A stretch of 64,000 nt of DNA from a virus. Taxonomy: Duplodnaviria; Caudoviricetes. How positions within the stretch are numbered: position 1 is the stretch's first letter; every line of letters starts with the position of its first letter. Location: the IMG/VR virus record IMGVR_UViG_3300028186_000155; one strand, written 5' to 3'. Of this stretch, positions 47,113 through 55,731 are shown piece after piece. Position numbers and translations under genes: made by a program. The notes under the pieces are model-generated. The model had not been told where the DNA came from, ran no database searches, and saw nothing but the letters and a program-made list of their open reading frames with translations.

Positions 47113-47415
47113 AGCGGGCAAAGGATCAGGTTCGCGGTCGATGATGTACCAGCTAACTTCGTTGGCGGTCCATACAGTGCCGTCTTCAGAAGCCTGCAAT
47201 TTATTGTGCATTACCTCAGTCACCCAGCACGGGCGTGGCTCAGCCCCATTGGTGCGGCTGAATTCATCGCCTTGTTGGCTGTTGATTTCGGCGGCACGTT
47301 TGTAAAACGACGCTTCGTCTTTCGCCACCAGATAGCCGTCCGGGCGGTCGCCCCAGCCGCGTTCGAATTCGGTCACGCCGCGAAAGAACGCCGGGAATTT
47401 AACTTGCTCGGTCAT
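47104..47415 (-). CDS. hypothetical protein
   Basis: AAGGAG SD; EFERGWGDRPDG motif. Confidence 0.75.
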   Translation of the reverse strand: MTEQVKFPAFFRGVTEFERGWGDRPDGYLVAKDEASFYKRAAEINSQQGDEFSRTNGAEPRPCWVTEVMHNKLQASEDGTVWTANEVSWYIIDREPDPLPAVE

Positions 47416-47424
47416 AATGTCTCC

Positions 47425-47748
47425 TTAATTTGGCCGGGCTTTGTTTTTTAGGTACTGCGCCATTTGCTGCGGATCGTTGTCGAGCAAAGCAGCGGTTTCA
47501 TCAAATTCCGCGTCCGACACGATAATGCCGCCTTCGGCTTCGAATTCAGCGCGGTTGCAAACGCCGTATTCATTACCACGGAATTTCAACAGGAACAGGC
47601 CGTGCGGCTTCAGCATGTCACGCAGCTTGGCGGCCACGTCTTCGACGGTTTCACCGCTAAGCATCGCGTCGTCAAAAGCGATGATGTATTTCCCCTGCTG
47701 GTCGTGCAGGTCTACCAGTTGATGCAGCAAATCTTCGCGGTCGATCAT
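47425..47748 (-). CDS. hypothetical protein
   Basis: GGAG SD. Confidence 0.7.
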   Translation of the reverse strand: MIDREDLLHQLVDLHDQQGKYIIAFDDAMLSGETVEDVAAKLRDMLKPHGLFLLKFRGNEYGVCNRAEFEAEGGIIVSDAEFDETAALLDNDPQQMAQYLKNKARPN

Positions 47749-47752
47749 GTCG

Positions 47753-48088
47753 TTACTCCACTTTTACCCATGGGCGCAAAACGTAGCGCTCTTTCAAATA
47801 TTTCAGCCAGTCTTTAGCCGTGTCGCCACTGGCCAGAACCTCGCCGTTTTTCTCCAGCTTGAAACCAATGGTCGTGGTTCCAAGTTTGTGCGTGAATGAG
47901 GCGTGCCCAAACACTTCGGAATTTTGATACAGCAGGAAAACGACGGTCGTTGCATCCTGCTCGGTGTCGTAGTGGCTTTCGAGTGCCGCACCGTGCAATT
48001 TCGATACGTCGATAAAGTGGTTGCGCACCACCTGCGTCAGGTTGGCTATGCGTGATGCACGGGGGTGTTGCCGGTCGTGAATTTCCAT
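47753..48088 (-). CDS. hypothetical protein
   Basis: start moved to MEIHDR (TGATG coupling). Confidence 0.7.
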   Translation of the reverse strand: MEIHDRQHPRASRIANLTQVVRNHFIDVSKLHGAALESHYDTEQDATTVVFLLYQNSEVFGHASFTHKLGTTTIGFKLEKNGEVLASGDTAKDWLKYLKERYVLRPWVKVE

Positions 48089-48672
48089 CACTTCGCCTTT
48101 TTCTTTTTCCGTTTGCGGTTGCCGTGGCAATCCACAAGGCCCGCCAGTTGATCGTCGGCGTCCCGTGTATCGATGTTGAACGCTTCGAGCATTGCGCGGT
48201 TCATCACCTCGGGATAACCATCGACGTTTATTTCCATCGTCGGCTCTTCCGAGAACAGCGCAGATGCCACGATGGCTGAAACCTGATCCATCAGGAAATC
48301 AATCATGCCGTCGTTTTCGTCGTAGAGGACAGTGGCGCGTTGCTCTTCGTTCAATTCCGCGAACGTCGCCGGGAACTCAGGATAAAAGAATGGCGTATAG
48401 TTTTTCGCCACGTGATCTTGAGCCTGTTCAGGCGTCCATTTACTTTCGTAGAACGGCTGCCATGTGTTGTTGTGCAGCACCTGCACCGTGACGCCCACCG
48501 ATGCCACGATATCCACCGAAATGCGGACGTGTGGCTGGCCACCTTTCAGCAGGATAACGGCTAGGTCGCCATCACGTTTTACTTTGGTGCCGCACTCGCT
48601 GCGCAGGCCGCCGATGCAGGCCTCTGGAAATTTGTAAGGTTTCATTTGTTGTTCCTCGGGTGTCAGTTTCAT
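48088..48672 (-). CDS. hypothetical protein
   Basis: start may be the internal MKPYKF (GAGGA SD). Confidence 0.7.
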   Translation of the reverse strand: MKLTPEEQQMKPYKFPEACIGGLRSECGTKVKRDGDLAVILLKGGQPHVRISVDIVASVGVTVQVLHNNTWQPFYESKWTPEQAQDHVAKNYTPFFYPEFPATFAELNEEQRATVLYDENDGMIDFLMDQVSAIVASALFSEEPTMEINVDGYPEVMNRAMLEAFNIDTRDADDQLAGLVDCHGNRKRKKKKAK

Positions 48673-48713
48673 TGTGCCTGCGCACCAGCTAGATGCGCAG
48701 AACCAATTAGCTG
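48664..48713 (-). repeat. structured intergenic RNA element, copy 4
   Basis: cagCTA attggttctgcgcatc TAGCT ggtgcgcaggcacaat GAAA ctg. Confidence 0.8.
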
Positions 48714-48989
48714 TCAGTCTTCGACCGTTTCATCCGGGTGCAACAAGCCCTGCGATTTCAGAGCCTTTTTGAATTCGAGGAAGCCGATGCCATTCACGCA
48801 CTTGTCGCCGTGCACCATGGTGACGACGAAATAATCGCCTTCGTCCACGGTGAAAGTGCAGACCAGCTGATTTTTACCAGCGCGGCGCTCTTCTACGCTG
48901 TATAGTTGCACGTTCCCGAAGCTGTTGATCAGTGCCACGTGATTTACGTCAGCGAAAAGCGATTTAACGGTGTTTGTCATTTTCCACAT
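48714..48989 (-). CDS. hypothetical protein
   Basis: GAGGA SD. Confidence 0.7.
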   Translation of the reverse strand: MWKMTNTVKSLFADVNHVALINSFGNVQLYSVEERRAGKNQLVCTFTVDEGDYFVVTMVHGDKCVNGIGFLEFKKALKSQGLLHPDETVED

Positions 48990-49011
48990 TTTTGAATCCT
49001 CGTTGGGTCGT

Positions 49012-49062
49012 CAGTTTTACCGTGCCTGCACACTCCTTAGAATGTGCAGAACCGATTAGCTG
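49012..49062 (-). repeat. structured intergenic RNA element, copy 5
   Basis: cagCTA atcggttctgcacattc TAAG gagtgtgcaggcacggt AAAA ctg. Confidence 0.8.
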
Positions 49063-49491
49063 TTATTCGGAAATTACGCGCATGCCGTAATGGTCGCTGT
49101 TGCCTTTGCGGTAGAACTCAACGACGCGGCCATGCATGCGGATTTTCTGGCCGGGTTTCAGCAGCACCATTTCCCAGCGTGCGCGATTGTGGCCGACGAT
49201 GGAAGATGCGCAATTGTTCACCCAGTACAGTTCGTGCTTGCGCTCGGTGCATTGCGCTTCAGCCGCTACCGGGTCTTCGTTGTACTCCATCGCGTAATAG
49301 GCGCTGCAATTCGGCGCGACTTCAGGATACAGCGTGCCGTGGCGCATGGATTCTTTAGCCACGCAGAAACGCAGGCCGGGCTGGCCGATACCGTCACCCA
49401 TCGAACCGAAAGGCAGGTCGAGGATTTCTTGGTTCAGGTCTACAACGTCGAAAGCTGGAACGGATTTTACGAGGGTTTTGGTAGCGGTCAT
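49063..49491 (-). CDS. hypothetical protein
   Basis: AGGAG SD. Confidence 0.75.
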   Translation of the reverse strand: MTATKTLVKSVPAFDVVDLNQEILDLPFGSMGDGIGQPGLRFCVAKESMRHGTLYPEVAPNCSAYYAMEYNEDPVAAEAQCTERKHELYWVNNCASSIVGHNRARWEMVLLKPGQKIRMHGRVVEFYRKGNSDHYGMRVISE

Positions 49492-49527
49492 TTTGTGGCT
49501 CCTGATAAGGATCGTTTTGGTTTGGTA

Positions 49528-49578
49528 CAGCTTCGTTTCATATGCGCACCGTTCTAGATGCGCAGAAAAAACTCACTG
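49528..49578 (-). repeat. structured intergenic RNA element, copy 6
   Basis: cagTGA gttttttctgcgcatc TAGAAC ggtgcgcatatgaaac GAAG ctg. Confidence 0.75.
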
Positions 49579-49722
49579 GTCAATCTTTGTGGCACCGCGT
49601 GGCTTCGGGGCGTTTTTCTTGCGGCGCCATTCAACGTAAACGAAGGCGCCCATGATTGCGAGAACCGAGGCCAGCACGGCGATTTCTTTAACGTGGCCGA
49701 TGGTAGTAGTTGCGTATTCCAT
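49573..49722 (-). CDS. 49-aa single-TM protein (not in ORF track)
   Basis: MEYATTTIGHVKEIAVLASVLAIMGAFVYVEWRRKKNAPKPRGATKIDQ; TAAGGA SD. Confidence 0.65.
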   Translation of the reverse strand: MEYATTTIGHVKEIAVLASVLAIMGAFVYVEWRRKKNAPKPRGATKIDQ

Positions 49723-49734
49723 TGTAGCGGTTCC

Positions 49735-49965
49735 TTATTTGGCGTTGGCGGTGATGTTGGACAGGGTAGCGGTGATGTTGTGCTGGTGCTGCTGGGGAAT
49801 GAAGGTTGCGATGATGCGGCCAATCTGGAAATCAGACTGCGCGCTGGCAATTGCTGCTGCCTCGCTTACTTCGATCACCGGGAAGGTCACGCGCTTGTTT
49901 GCAGTGGCCTTGGTTTCGGTGTTGGTGAAAGTGGCGGTGGCCGAGATTTCGAAAACGCGTTTCAT
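49735..49965 (-). CDS. hypothetical protein
   Basis: start moved to MKRVFE (AGGAG SD, ATGA). Confidence 0.65.
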   Translation of the reverse strand: MKRVFEISATATFTNTETKATANKRVTFPVIEVSEAAAIASAQSDFQIGRIIATFIPQQHQHNITATLSNITANAK

Positions 49966-50177
49966 TGTTGTTGCTCCTGAATTTTGTTGAGTAGGGTTTT
50001 GCCTTCGCTGATCCACTGATCCAGCGTCAGGTCGGTTAAGCGGCACACGGCGTCAACGCTGTGCGTCTCATAAACGTTGTTGGCCGGGTCGTCATACGTG
50101 AAATAGAAGTAACCCGAACCTTTGTACAGCGTCAGTTTATCCGAACCCAGCGCTTTAATGATTGTGGTGGTTCTCAT
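49962..50177 (-). CDS. hypothetical protein
   Basis: ATGA coupling. Confidence 0.7.
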   Translation of the reverse strand: MRTTTIIKALGSDKLTLYKGSGYFYFTYDDPANNVYETHSVDAVCRLTDLTLDQWISEGKTLLNKIQEQQQ

Positions 50178-50326
50178 TTGCTGATCCCTTTGCGGAAGCG
50201 GCGGGCTGCGTCAGAAACCAGTTGTTCGCGTTCGGCTTCGGCTTTGCGGATATCGGAATCCCAATTCCAAGTGGCGGCTTTGGGGGCGTAAGCGGATTTG
50301 CGTTTGGCAGTCGATGCGTAGGCCAT
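50174..50326 (-). CDS. 50-aa protein (not in ORF track)
   Basis: MAYASTAKRKSAYAPKAATWNWDSDIRKAEAEREQLVSDAARRFRKGISK; directly after leader copy 3. Confidence 0.7.
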   Translation of the reverse strand: MAYASTAKRKSAYAPKAATWNWDSDIRKAEAEREQLVSDAARRFRKGISK

Positions 50327-50330
50327 TTTT

Positions 50331-50417
50331 AAACTTCCCTAATTGCGTGAGTGGGAGATTAGCGGGCAGCCAATCTCTAGGTGGCCCAAAGGTATCAAAG
50401 GCCTGTTAGGGAGTCAA
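50331..50417 (-). promoter_or_regulatory. sigma70-type promoter + hairpin + conserved leader, copy 3
   Basis: TTGACT-N17-TACCTT with TGn; GAGATTGGC-TGCCC-GCTAATCTC; CACTCACGCAATTAGGGAAGTTT. Confidence 0.8.
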
Positions 50418-50515
50418 CACCTTTCGTTTGGGCCAGTGGCTATGCCTCTGTACGCGCATACGCGCACGCATGCGTATAAAGAAGCAGTGGCCAGCCCACC
50501 GGGCGCCAGAAACGC

Positions 50516-50549
50516 AAAAGGCCCCGCCAGCGCGAACTGGGGAGCCTTT
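50516..50549 (-). terminator. intrinsic terminator
   Basis: AAGGCTCC-CCAG...CTGG-c-GGGGCCTT stem followed by TTGCGTTT. Confidence 0.65.
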
Positions 50550-50553
50550 AGGG

Positions 50554-50964
50554 TCAATCGGGATATGTGATGGTCCAGCGCCCAGCCTTGGAATCGAATT
50601 CAACCACACCCAGTCTCGGGGCAACGGTCGGTTTCGGCTCCTTACGTGGTTTCGGTATGTCCCACTCGTTGCGAATCTTCCCGTACTGGATTCGCGTGGC
50701 ATCGGGCTTAGCGCGGCTGCTTTCCAAAACGCGCACGTAATCTTTCAGGCGCATGTTTTCTGCCTTGAGGGAATACGCGTTCTGCTTGAATCCGCGCAGT
50801 GTCTCTTGTTGCTTGTGGTTGGCAATCTCCAGCTGTGAAACCCGGACGCTGTATTTGTGGCCCTCCTTTTCCGCTTCCAGAAATTTGCGGCGCCACACAA
50901 ACGACGACCACACCATAATGCCCAGCGCCACCAGCAGAATAATTACCGGCCATTGCCCATTCAT
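50554..50964 (-). CDS. single-TM coiled-coil protein, tandem paralog 1
   Basis: MWSSFVWRRKF-type TM end; C-terminal G.V.FD.K.GRW.IT. Confidence 0.75.
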   Translation of the reverse strand: MNGQWPVIILLVALGIMVWSSFVWRRKFLEAEKEGHKYSVRVSQLEIANHKQQETLRGFKQNAYSLKAENMRLKDYVRVLESSRAKPDATRIQYGKIRNEWDIPKPRKEPKPTVAPRLGVVEFDSKAGRWTITYPD

Positions 50965-51338
50965 GTTATGTGCCACCTGCCAGACTTGATATCAAATGTG
51001 ACCATTCCCAAATGCGGCCCATCGCAAGGTTGATCAGGCACGCCATAAATACCTGCCTTGTGATCTAGCCGGTCATCGGTCTTTACGCGGCTGCCCTCTA
51101 GCGTGCGTACATATTGACGTAGCAAAATGTTTTGCGCTTTGAATTCCCTGTTACTCTGTTTGAATTCGTCCACTTCATTTTTGAGCCTGTGCCAATTGCC
51201 CCGAACGTGAGCAAGATCAGTGCGCAATCCATCAGCCTCATTAGATACGCGCATAAACTTGCGGCGCCAAACAAAAGAAGACCACATCATAACGCCGAGC
51301 ATCACCAGCGTAAGAATTAACGGCCAATCAGCATTCAT
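50961..51338 (-). CDS. single-TM coiled-coil protein, tandem paralog 2
   Basis: WSSFVWRRKF; LGMVTFDIKSGRWHIT. Confidence 0.75.
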   Translation of the reverse strand: MNADWPLILTLVMLGVMMWSSFVWRRKFMRVSNEADGLRTDLAHVRGNWHRLKNEVDEFKQSNREFKAQNILLRQYVRTLEGSRVKTDDRLDHKAGIYGVPDQPCDGPHLGMVTFDIKSGRWHIT

Positions 51339-51607
51339 GTTACGCGCCAGCCTCCAGTCTTTTTGCACAGTTCGAAAGTAGCGCCCACCTGTTCCTGTTC
51401 CTTGGGCGTATCGTACTTGGAGCGGAATTTGTGCAGGTGACGCAATTGCAGGTTTTCTACTTCCAGCAGCATTGCTTTCGCTTCGGCTGCCTGCACACGG
51501 CGGCGCATGGCGGTTATGCGTTCGTATTGTTTCACCGACAGCATAACCATGAACATGCAGGCGCCAATTAAAAACACGGTGCCGATTTGTGACCCGGTAA
51601 TGGTCAT
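51335..51607 (-). CDS. single-TM coiled-coil protein, tandem paralog 3
   Basis: start MTITGS (AGGAGG SD); FELCKKTGGWRVT. Confidence 0.7.
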   Translation of the reverse strand: MTITGSQIGTVFLIGACMFMVMLSVKQYERITAMRRRVQAAEAKAMLLEVENLQLRHLHKFRSKYDTPKEQEQVGATFELCKKTGGWRVT

Positions 51608-51615
51608 GGTGCCTC

Positions 51616-52008
51616 CTACGAATGGCAGTCGATTTTTACGCGGGCGTTGGTGGCTGCTGCGGCCTGTTCCATCGCCGGGCGCATATGGTCGGCATTCTTG
51701 GCACACGCAGGCTCGGCGTATTCTTTGCCGTAGAACTGCGCCAGTGCGAAACCGTCGCACTGTTCGTTCTCCGTGCCCTGCGCCGCGCACACTTTGAAAT
51801 TCAGTGTGGCCAGCACGGGCAACTTACTTTCGGGCATGCCGCTTTTGCAGCTAAAGGTTCCTGTGCGCTTTTCTTTAAGCGCAGATTCCTGCATGCCGTC
51901 ACGATTGTAATTGCACATGAAAGCAGCTTGCGCCGTGAAGAAATCTGCGACACGCACTTCCTTGCACGGTTGACCAGCCAGACAAATATTCAGCATCAGC
52001 GAAAGCAT
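51616..52008 (-). CDS. Cys-patterned protein with internal duplication
   Basis: two ~55-65 aa units, each with four Cys. Confidence 0.7.
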   Translation of the reverse strand: MLSLMLNICLAGQPCKEVRVADFFTAQAAFMCNYNRDGMQESALKEKRTGTFSCKSGMPESKLPVLATLNFKVCAAQGTENEQCDGFALAQFYGKEYAEPACAKNADHMRPAMEQAAAATNARVKIDCHS

Positions 52009-52026
52009 TTTATGTTCCTTAGACCA

Positions 52027-52599
52027 TTAGGCCAGTGTGATTACTTTTTTGTTGTCGCTGCCACGTGTGTCGTTCAGCCATTTGACTGCGCGCTTCACGT
52101 AGCGTTTGAAGTCACCGACGTTTTCACAGTCGATATAGTCGTGGTCGTTTTCCGGGGTGGCGATGCGCTGAAGTTTGAAACGGCTTTTCGGATAACGCAC
52201 TTTCCATTGGAACGACAACGGCAGGTCGTAGGCATCAGGTTCCATACCGCGACCATAACTGAAGTCGATTTCGTGGCCTGCGTTGGTTTTAAACGTGAAG
52301 CACCAGCCATATTGCACCGGCCCGAAAACGCCTTCATGTTCCACACTGGAAACGATGGCGCCCAGTTGTTCGGCTGCGGCTTTTAGTCGCGCAATGATTT
52401 TTTCTTGGCGTTTGAATTCTGCGTCGATACGGACAATCAGTTCGGCCAAGGAAATTTCCCGATGCTGCGCCGCCTGCAACATGCGCAAATGGTTATGTGC
52501 CGCTTGGAAAACTTCTTCGGCGTTGGCCAGCATTTGATCGTGTTGCGCGTCCCATGCGAAGCCGGTGGCAGGGATTTCAATTTTCTTTGCGCGTGCCAT
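52027..52599 (-). CDS. hypothetical protein
   Basis: GAGGA SD. Confidence 0.75.
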   Translation of the reverse strand: MARAKKIEIPATGFAWDAQHDQMLANAEEVFQAAHNHLRMLQAAQHREISLAELIVRIDAEFKRQEKIIARLKAAAEQLGAIVSSVEHEGVFGPVQYGWCFTFKTNAGHEIDFSYGRGMEPDAYDLPLSFQWKVRYPKSRFKLQRIATPENDHDYIDCENVGDFKRYVKRAVKWLNDTRGSDNKKVITLA

Positions 52600-52601
52600 G
52601 T

Positions 52602-53078
52602 TTATTCCTCTTCCGCTGGTTCGTAGCGGTAAATGGTAATCAGGTGGTGAGTGACGCCGTTGCGCACTTCGGTTTTCTTACCGTAGCCACCGCTGTACAT
52701 CCAGCCGTCAGCAACACGATTTGGCGGCAGCTTCGGTTCCTCGTCCCAAGCTTTTTTCGGCTGCGCCCTGATCCAAATTTCTTTGGTCACTTTACCCAAG
52801 CCGAAATATTCCGCGCTCTGTTCGAATTCCCACTGGGCGCGAATTTCTGCGCGGTTGCCCATTGCAGCCATCAGGCCACCGGCAGGAATGGTGATGGTGC
52901 CGAACGAACGCGACGACCGATCACAGATAACACGAATTTCGAGATTGAAATCTATGTCGCTGTTGTGGTCAGGGCGGTGCAGCGCGTAATCAATTTCACG
53001 CCGGTTAATATTGATGCGCACCGGGTAAAGCTTTTTGATTTCGGCAGGCACCGTGATTTCATTTTCAGGTTTACGCAT
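52602..53078 (-). CDS. hypothetical protein
   Basis: start moved to MRKPEN (GAGGA SD). Confidence 0.7.
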   Translation of the reverse strand: MRKPENEITVPAEIKKLYPVRININRREIDYALHRPDHNSDIDFNLEIRVICDRSSRSFGTITIPAGGLMAAMGNRAEIRAQWEFEQSAEYFGLGKVTKEIWIRAQPKKAWDEEPKLPPNRVADGWMYSGGYGKKTEVRNGVTHHLITIYRYEPAEEE

Positions 53079-53085
53079 ACAATCC

Positions 53086-53709
53086 TCACAGGTAAGCGTA
53101 AGCGTCGAGTTCCGGCAATTTTTCATCGCGCTTGAATCGGCGCATGGTCCACAAAGCGGTTTGAATTCGCCCCTCGTCGTGCAGCAAATTCACCGGGTAG
53201 ATTTCCAGCGGTGGCCGGTAGGTGCGGCGCAGCGCGTCCATTGGATCGCGCACAGCAGGCCCCGAATAAACCACCATCACTTCTTTGCTCGCCATGATGA
53301 ACCGGATAACGAAACCGTGAGTCATCATCGCCAGCGAGAAATCATCAAACGTTTTACCTTCGCACGGGAAACCATCCACGTTCGGATAATCGAACCGGGG
53401 TTTCTCTGTATTTACAGTTTCGACCTCAACCACGGTTTCAATTTCACCCGCCGTTTCAGTTTCACGCATACGGGCCAACGCCCGCTCTTCAGCAGTGAAC
53501 GGGATATCCCGCACAGGCGTTTGATTTGCAGCGTTCCAGAAACCGCCCGGCTCTTCGTCGGTGGTGATTTCCGAAATATCCAGATCGGGCAAGGCGCGTT
53601 CAACGCTATCAGCCTTTTCCAGTTTGGTAATGCGCCACAAAGCATAAACGCACAGCACCACCAAAATGCCCAGCACCGCAAAGAACAATTTGATATGCAG
53701 CGTATCCAT
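53086..53709 (-). CDS. single-TM membrane-anchored protein
   Basis: N-terminal TM; GGAG SD. Confidence 0.75.
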   Translation of the reverse strand: MDTLHIKLFFAVLGILVVLCVYALWRITKLEKADSVERALPDLDISEITTDEEPGGFWNAANQTPVRDIPFTAEERALARMRETETAGEIETVVEVETVNTEKPRFDYPNVDGFPCEGKTFDDFSLAMMTHGFVIRFIMASKEVMVVYSGPAVRDPMDALRRTYRPPLEIYPVNLLHDEGRIQTALWTMRRFKRDEKLPELDAYAYL

Positions 53710-53739
53710 TTGCTACTCCCATCGACTTTTTCAAGGTCG

Positions 53740-53778
53740 AAAAATAACCCCCTTTGAACTGGTCGCCGGGGGTTTATT
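53740..53778 (-). terminator. intrinsic terminator
   Basis: AACCCCC...GGGGGTT stem followed by ATTTTT, after the 508-aa gene. Confidence 0.65.
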
Positions 53779-53796
53779 GGTTTGGGTACTGCCGAG

Positions 53797-55323
53797 TTAC
53801 AGCGCGTTGAACTCGGCAATGGTCATGGTGTTGGCGTAGGTCGGTTGGCCGTCGTTCATGTAGATCAGATCGAGAGGCAAACCGGCGTGACCTTCGGCGG
53901 CAGATACTGCGGTCGAAACACCGTCACGTTTCACGATACGCAGCACCGAAACGATTTTCGATTTTGCGCCCTTCGTTACGCGTACCCCCAGTTCCTTGAT
54001 TTCGTCGCGGGTAGGCTTAACGGTGGTGCCTTTCTTTGCAGTGCCCTTGCCTTCAGCGGCTGCGAAATTCAGGCGTGGAGCCTTGCCGTTTACTTCCTGT
54101 GCCGCTTGCTTGGCTGGGGCCTTGCGGGTGTTCTCGGCAGACTTTGCACCGGCTTTAGCGTTGGTCGAAGCTACACCGGCCTTTTCCATGGCGCCGGAAA
54201 TCAGGGCCAAATCAGAAACGCGGAACTTGCCTTTCACTTCGATGATTGCGGCCAGTGGTACACGCTTGCCGCTGGTGGTGATTACCACGCGTTCGTCGGT
54301 TTCTTTGACGCGCATGATTTTCTCAACCTGTTCCAGCTTGCGGCCATCCATGAAACCTTTGGCGCGCAATTCGGTGGTGCTGATTGCCTTGTGGGCAGGT
54401 GCTGCATTTACTACGGCCTTGGTGGTCGGGGCCTTTGGCGCAGGCTGCGAAGTTTCTTTGTGCTGTGCAGCCGATTTTTCGAGGCCGTGGTTTTTGACCA
54501 TGCGACCTTTGCGAGTGGTGGAAATCTTGGTGGTGAGGTGCTTCCAAGGCTGTGCGGATTCCTCGAATGCGCGCACGTCTTTCAGCGACATATCATCGTA
54601 GGCCCACACTGCTTTGTCCTTCATGGTGACAAACAGCGTTTTGGTGTTGCGGTCGTACTGGGCGCCAGTCAACTGGGTGCTGGTTTTGACTTTCAGGTCG
54701 CGGATTGGGAACACGCGGCCTTCGGTGGCGCTGGCAGCGGCCTTACCGGCGTTTTTGGTGCTGGCCGGGGTTTCGGTCGGGAAATCTTCCTGCTCGACTG
54801 CTGGGGCCTTCGCTGGGGCTTTGGAACCACCTTTTACTGGGGCAGCAGGGGCAGCGGTGTATTTGTCCACCAGATCCAGCTTAACGCGCAGGTTGCCGCG
54901 ATTGTTGAATTCCAGATCGGCAGCGGCGATTTTGCTGCCCTTGTCGGTAACGACAGTGCGCACGCCAGCGATGTTCGAAATACGCAGCACCTTTTCTTTG
55001 CTGCGACCGATCATCAGTTCACCAGCTTCGCGGATGGCGCCGGATTTCAGTTCTACCGCGTCAGCTTTCGGCGCTGGGGCAGCTTTGCCAGCCGGGGCCT
55101 TGGTTTCGGTCGCTTTCGGCGCTGGGGTGCCAGCAGCGGCTTGCTTGGCTTTGAAATCCTTCAGCCAGCTGTTCAGTTCGCGATAGGTAACGCCGTTACC
55201 GATATCGTCACCGAGTTTGTACAGCGGGGCGCCGGTTTCTTTTTTGTGTTGCTTGTTACGCTCGATCAGCGATTCAGCAGCAGCAACCAGCAGGGCAGTT
55301 TGAGTGTGGATTACGTTGGTCAT
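53797..55323 (-). CDS. Lys/Ala/Pro-rich multidomain protein with central KTSC domain and three repeated beta domains
   Basis: STQLTGAQYDRNTKTLFVTMKDKAVWAYDDM = KTSC pattern; PAPKA linkers. Confidence 0.75.
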   Translation of the reverse strand: MTNVIHTQTALLVAAAESLIERNKQHKKETGAPLYKLGDDIGNGVTYRELNSWLKDFKAKQAAAGTPAPKATETKAPAGKAAPAPKADAVELKSGAIREAGELMIGRSKEKVLRISNIAGVRTVVTDKGSKIAAADLEFNNRGNLRVKLDLVDKYTAAPAAPVKGGSKAPAKAPAVEQEDFPTETPASTKNAGKAAASATEGRVFPIRDLKVKTSTQLTGAQYDRNTKTLFVTMKDKAVWAYDDMSLKDVRAFEESAQPWKHLTTKISTTRKGRMVKNHGLEKSAAQHKETSQPAPKAPTTKAVVNAAPAHKAISTTELRAKGFMDGRKLEQVEKIMRVKETDERVVITTSGKRVPLAAIIEVKGKFRVSDLALISGAMEKAGVASTNAKAGAKSAENTRKAPAKQAAQEVNGKAPRLNFAAAEGKGTAKKGTTVKPTRDEIKELGVRVTKGAKSKIVSVLRIVKRDGVSTAVSAAEGHAGLPLDLIYMNDGQPTYANTMTIAEFNAL

Positions 55324-55328
55324 GATCT

Positions 55329-55415
55329 AACTTCCTATAAAGTGTGAGTGTCAAACTTAGTCGGCGTGGTTGCCGATTGGATTTCAGAATGCCATTAGAG
55401 GCGCGTGCGTGTCAA
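55329..55415 (-). promoter_or_regulatory. sigma70-type promoter + hairpin + conserved leader, copy 4
   Basis: TTGACA-N18-CATTCT with TGn; TCGGC/GCCGA hairpin; ACACTCACACTTTATAGGAAGTT. Confidence 0.75.
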
Positions 55416-55702
55416 CGGCTTTTGCGTCGGGTTTCGTTTAGGACCGGGCGAATCTGCAATGCCGGGTCGTTGTTGTACAGGATTCCGTCCGCACCAATGT
55501 AGGTTCCGGGCGCAACGTGCCAAACCTGCATGTGCGGTTCCAGCTTCCTGCGCGGGCCGCCCTCAACTTTCGAAAGCGCTTCCTTGATGGTTTCGCCCCG
55601 GCCCCACTCCCCGAAATCCACGACGATGAATTGTGTTAGCGCCGGGTCGAGGTTGGCGGGGGTTTCGATTTCCGTTTTCGAGACGGCAGCTTTGCGTGCC
55701 AT
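55412..55702 (-). CDS. hypothetical protein
   Basis: GGAG SD; WGRGETIKEAL. Confidence 0.7.
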   Translation of the reverse strand: MARKAAVSKTEIETPANLDPALTQFIVVDFGEWGRGETIKEALSKVEGGPRRKLEPHMQVWHVAPGTYIGADGILYNNDPALQIRPVLNETRRKSR

Positions 55703-55731
55703 GGTTCGTACTCCATTTGGGTTTGTGGTTT

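Noticed and set aside
47061-49578. Integron attC or CRISPR-like interpretation of hairpins flanking single genes
   Set aside because: No RYYYAAC/GTTRRRY ends, no integrase or cas genes, and the intervals are whole genes of variable length
53782-55347. 521-aa plus-strand ORF, and plus-strand ORFs generally
   Set aside because: Mirror of the KTSC gene; every SD, promoter and terminator signal I found is on the minus strand
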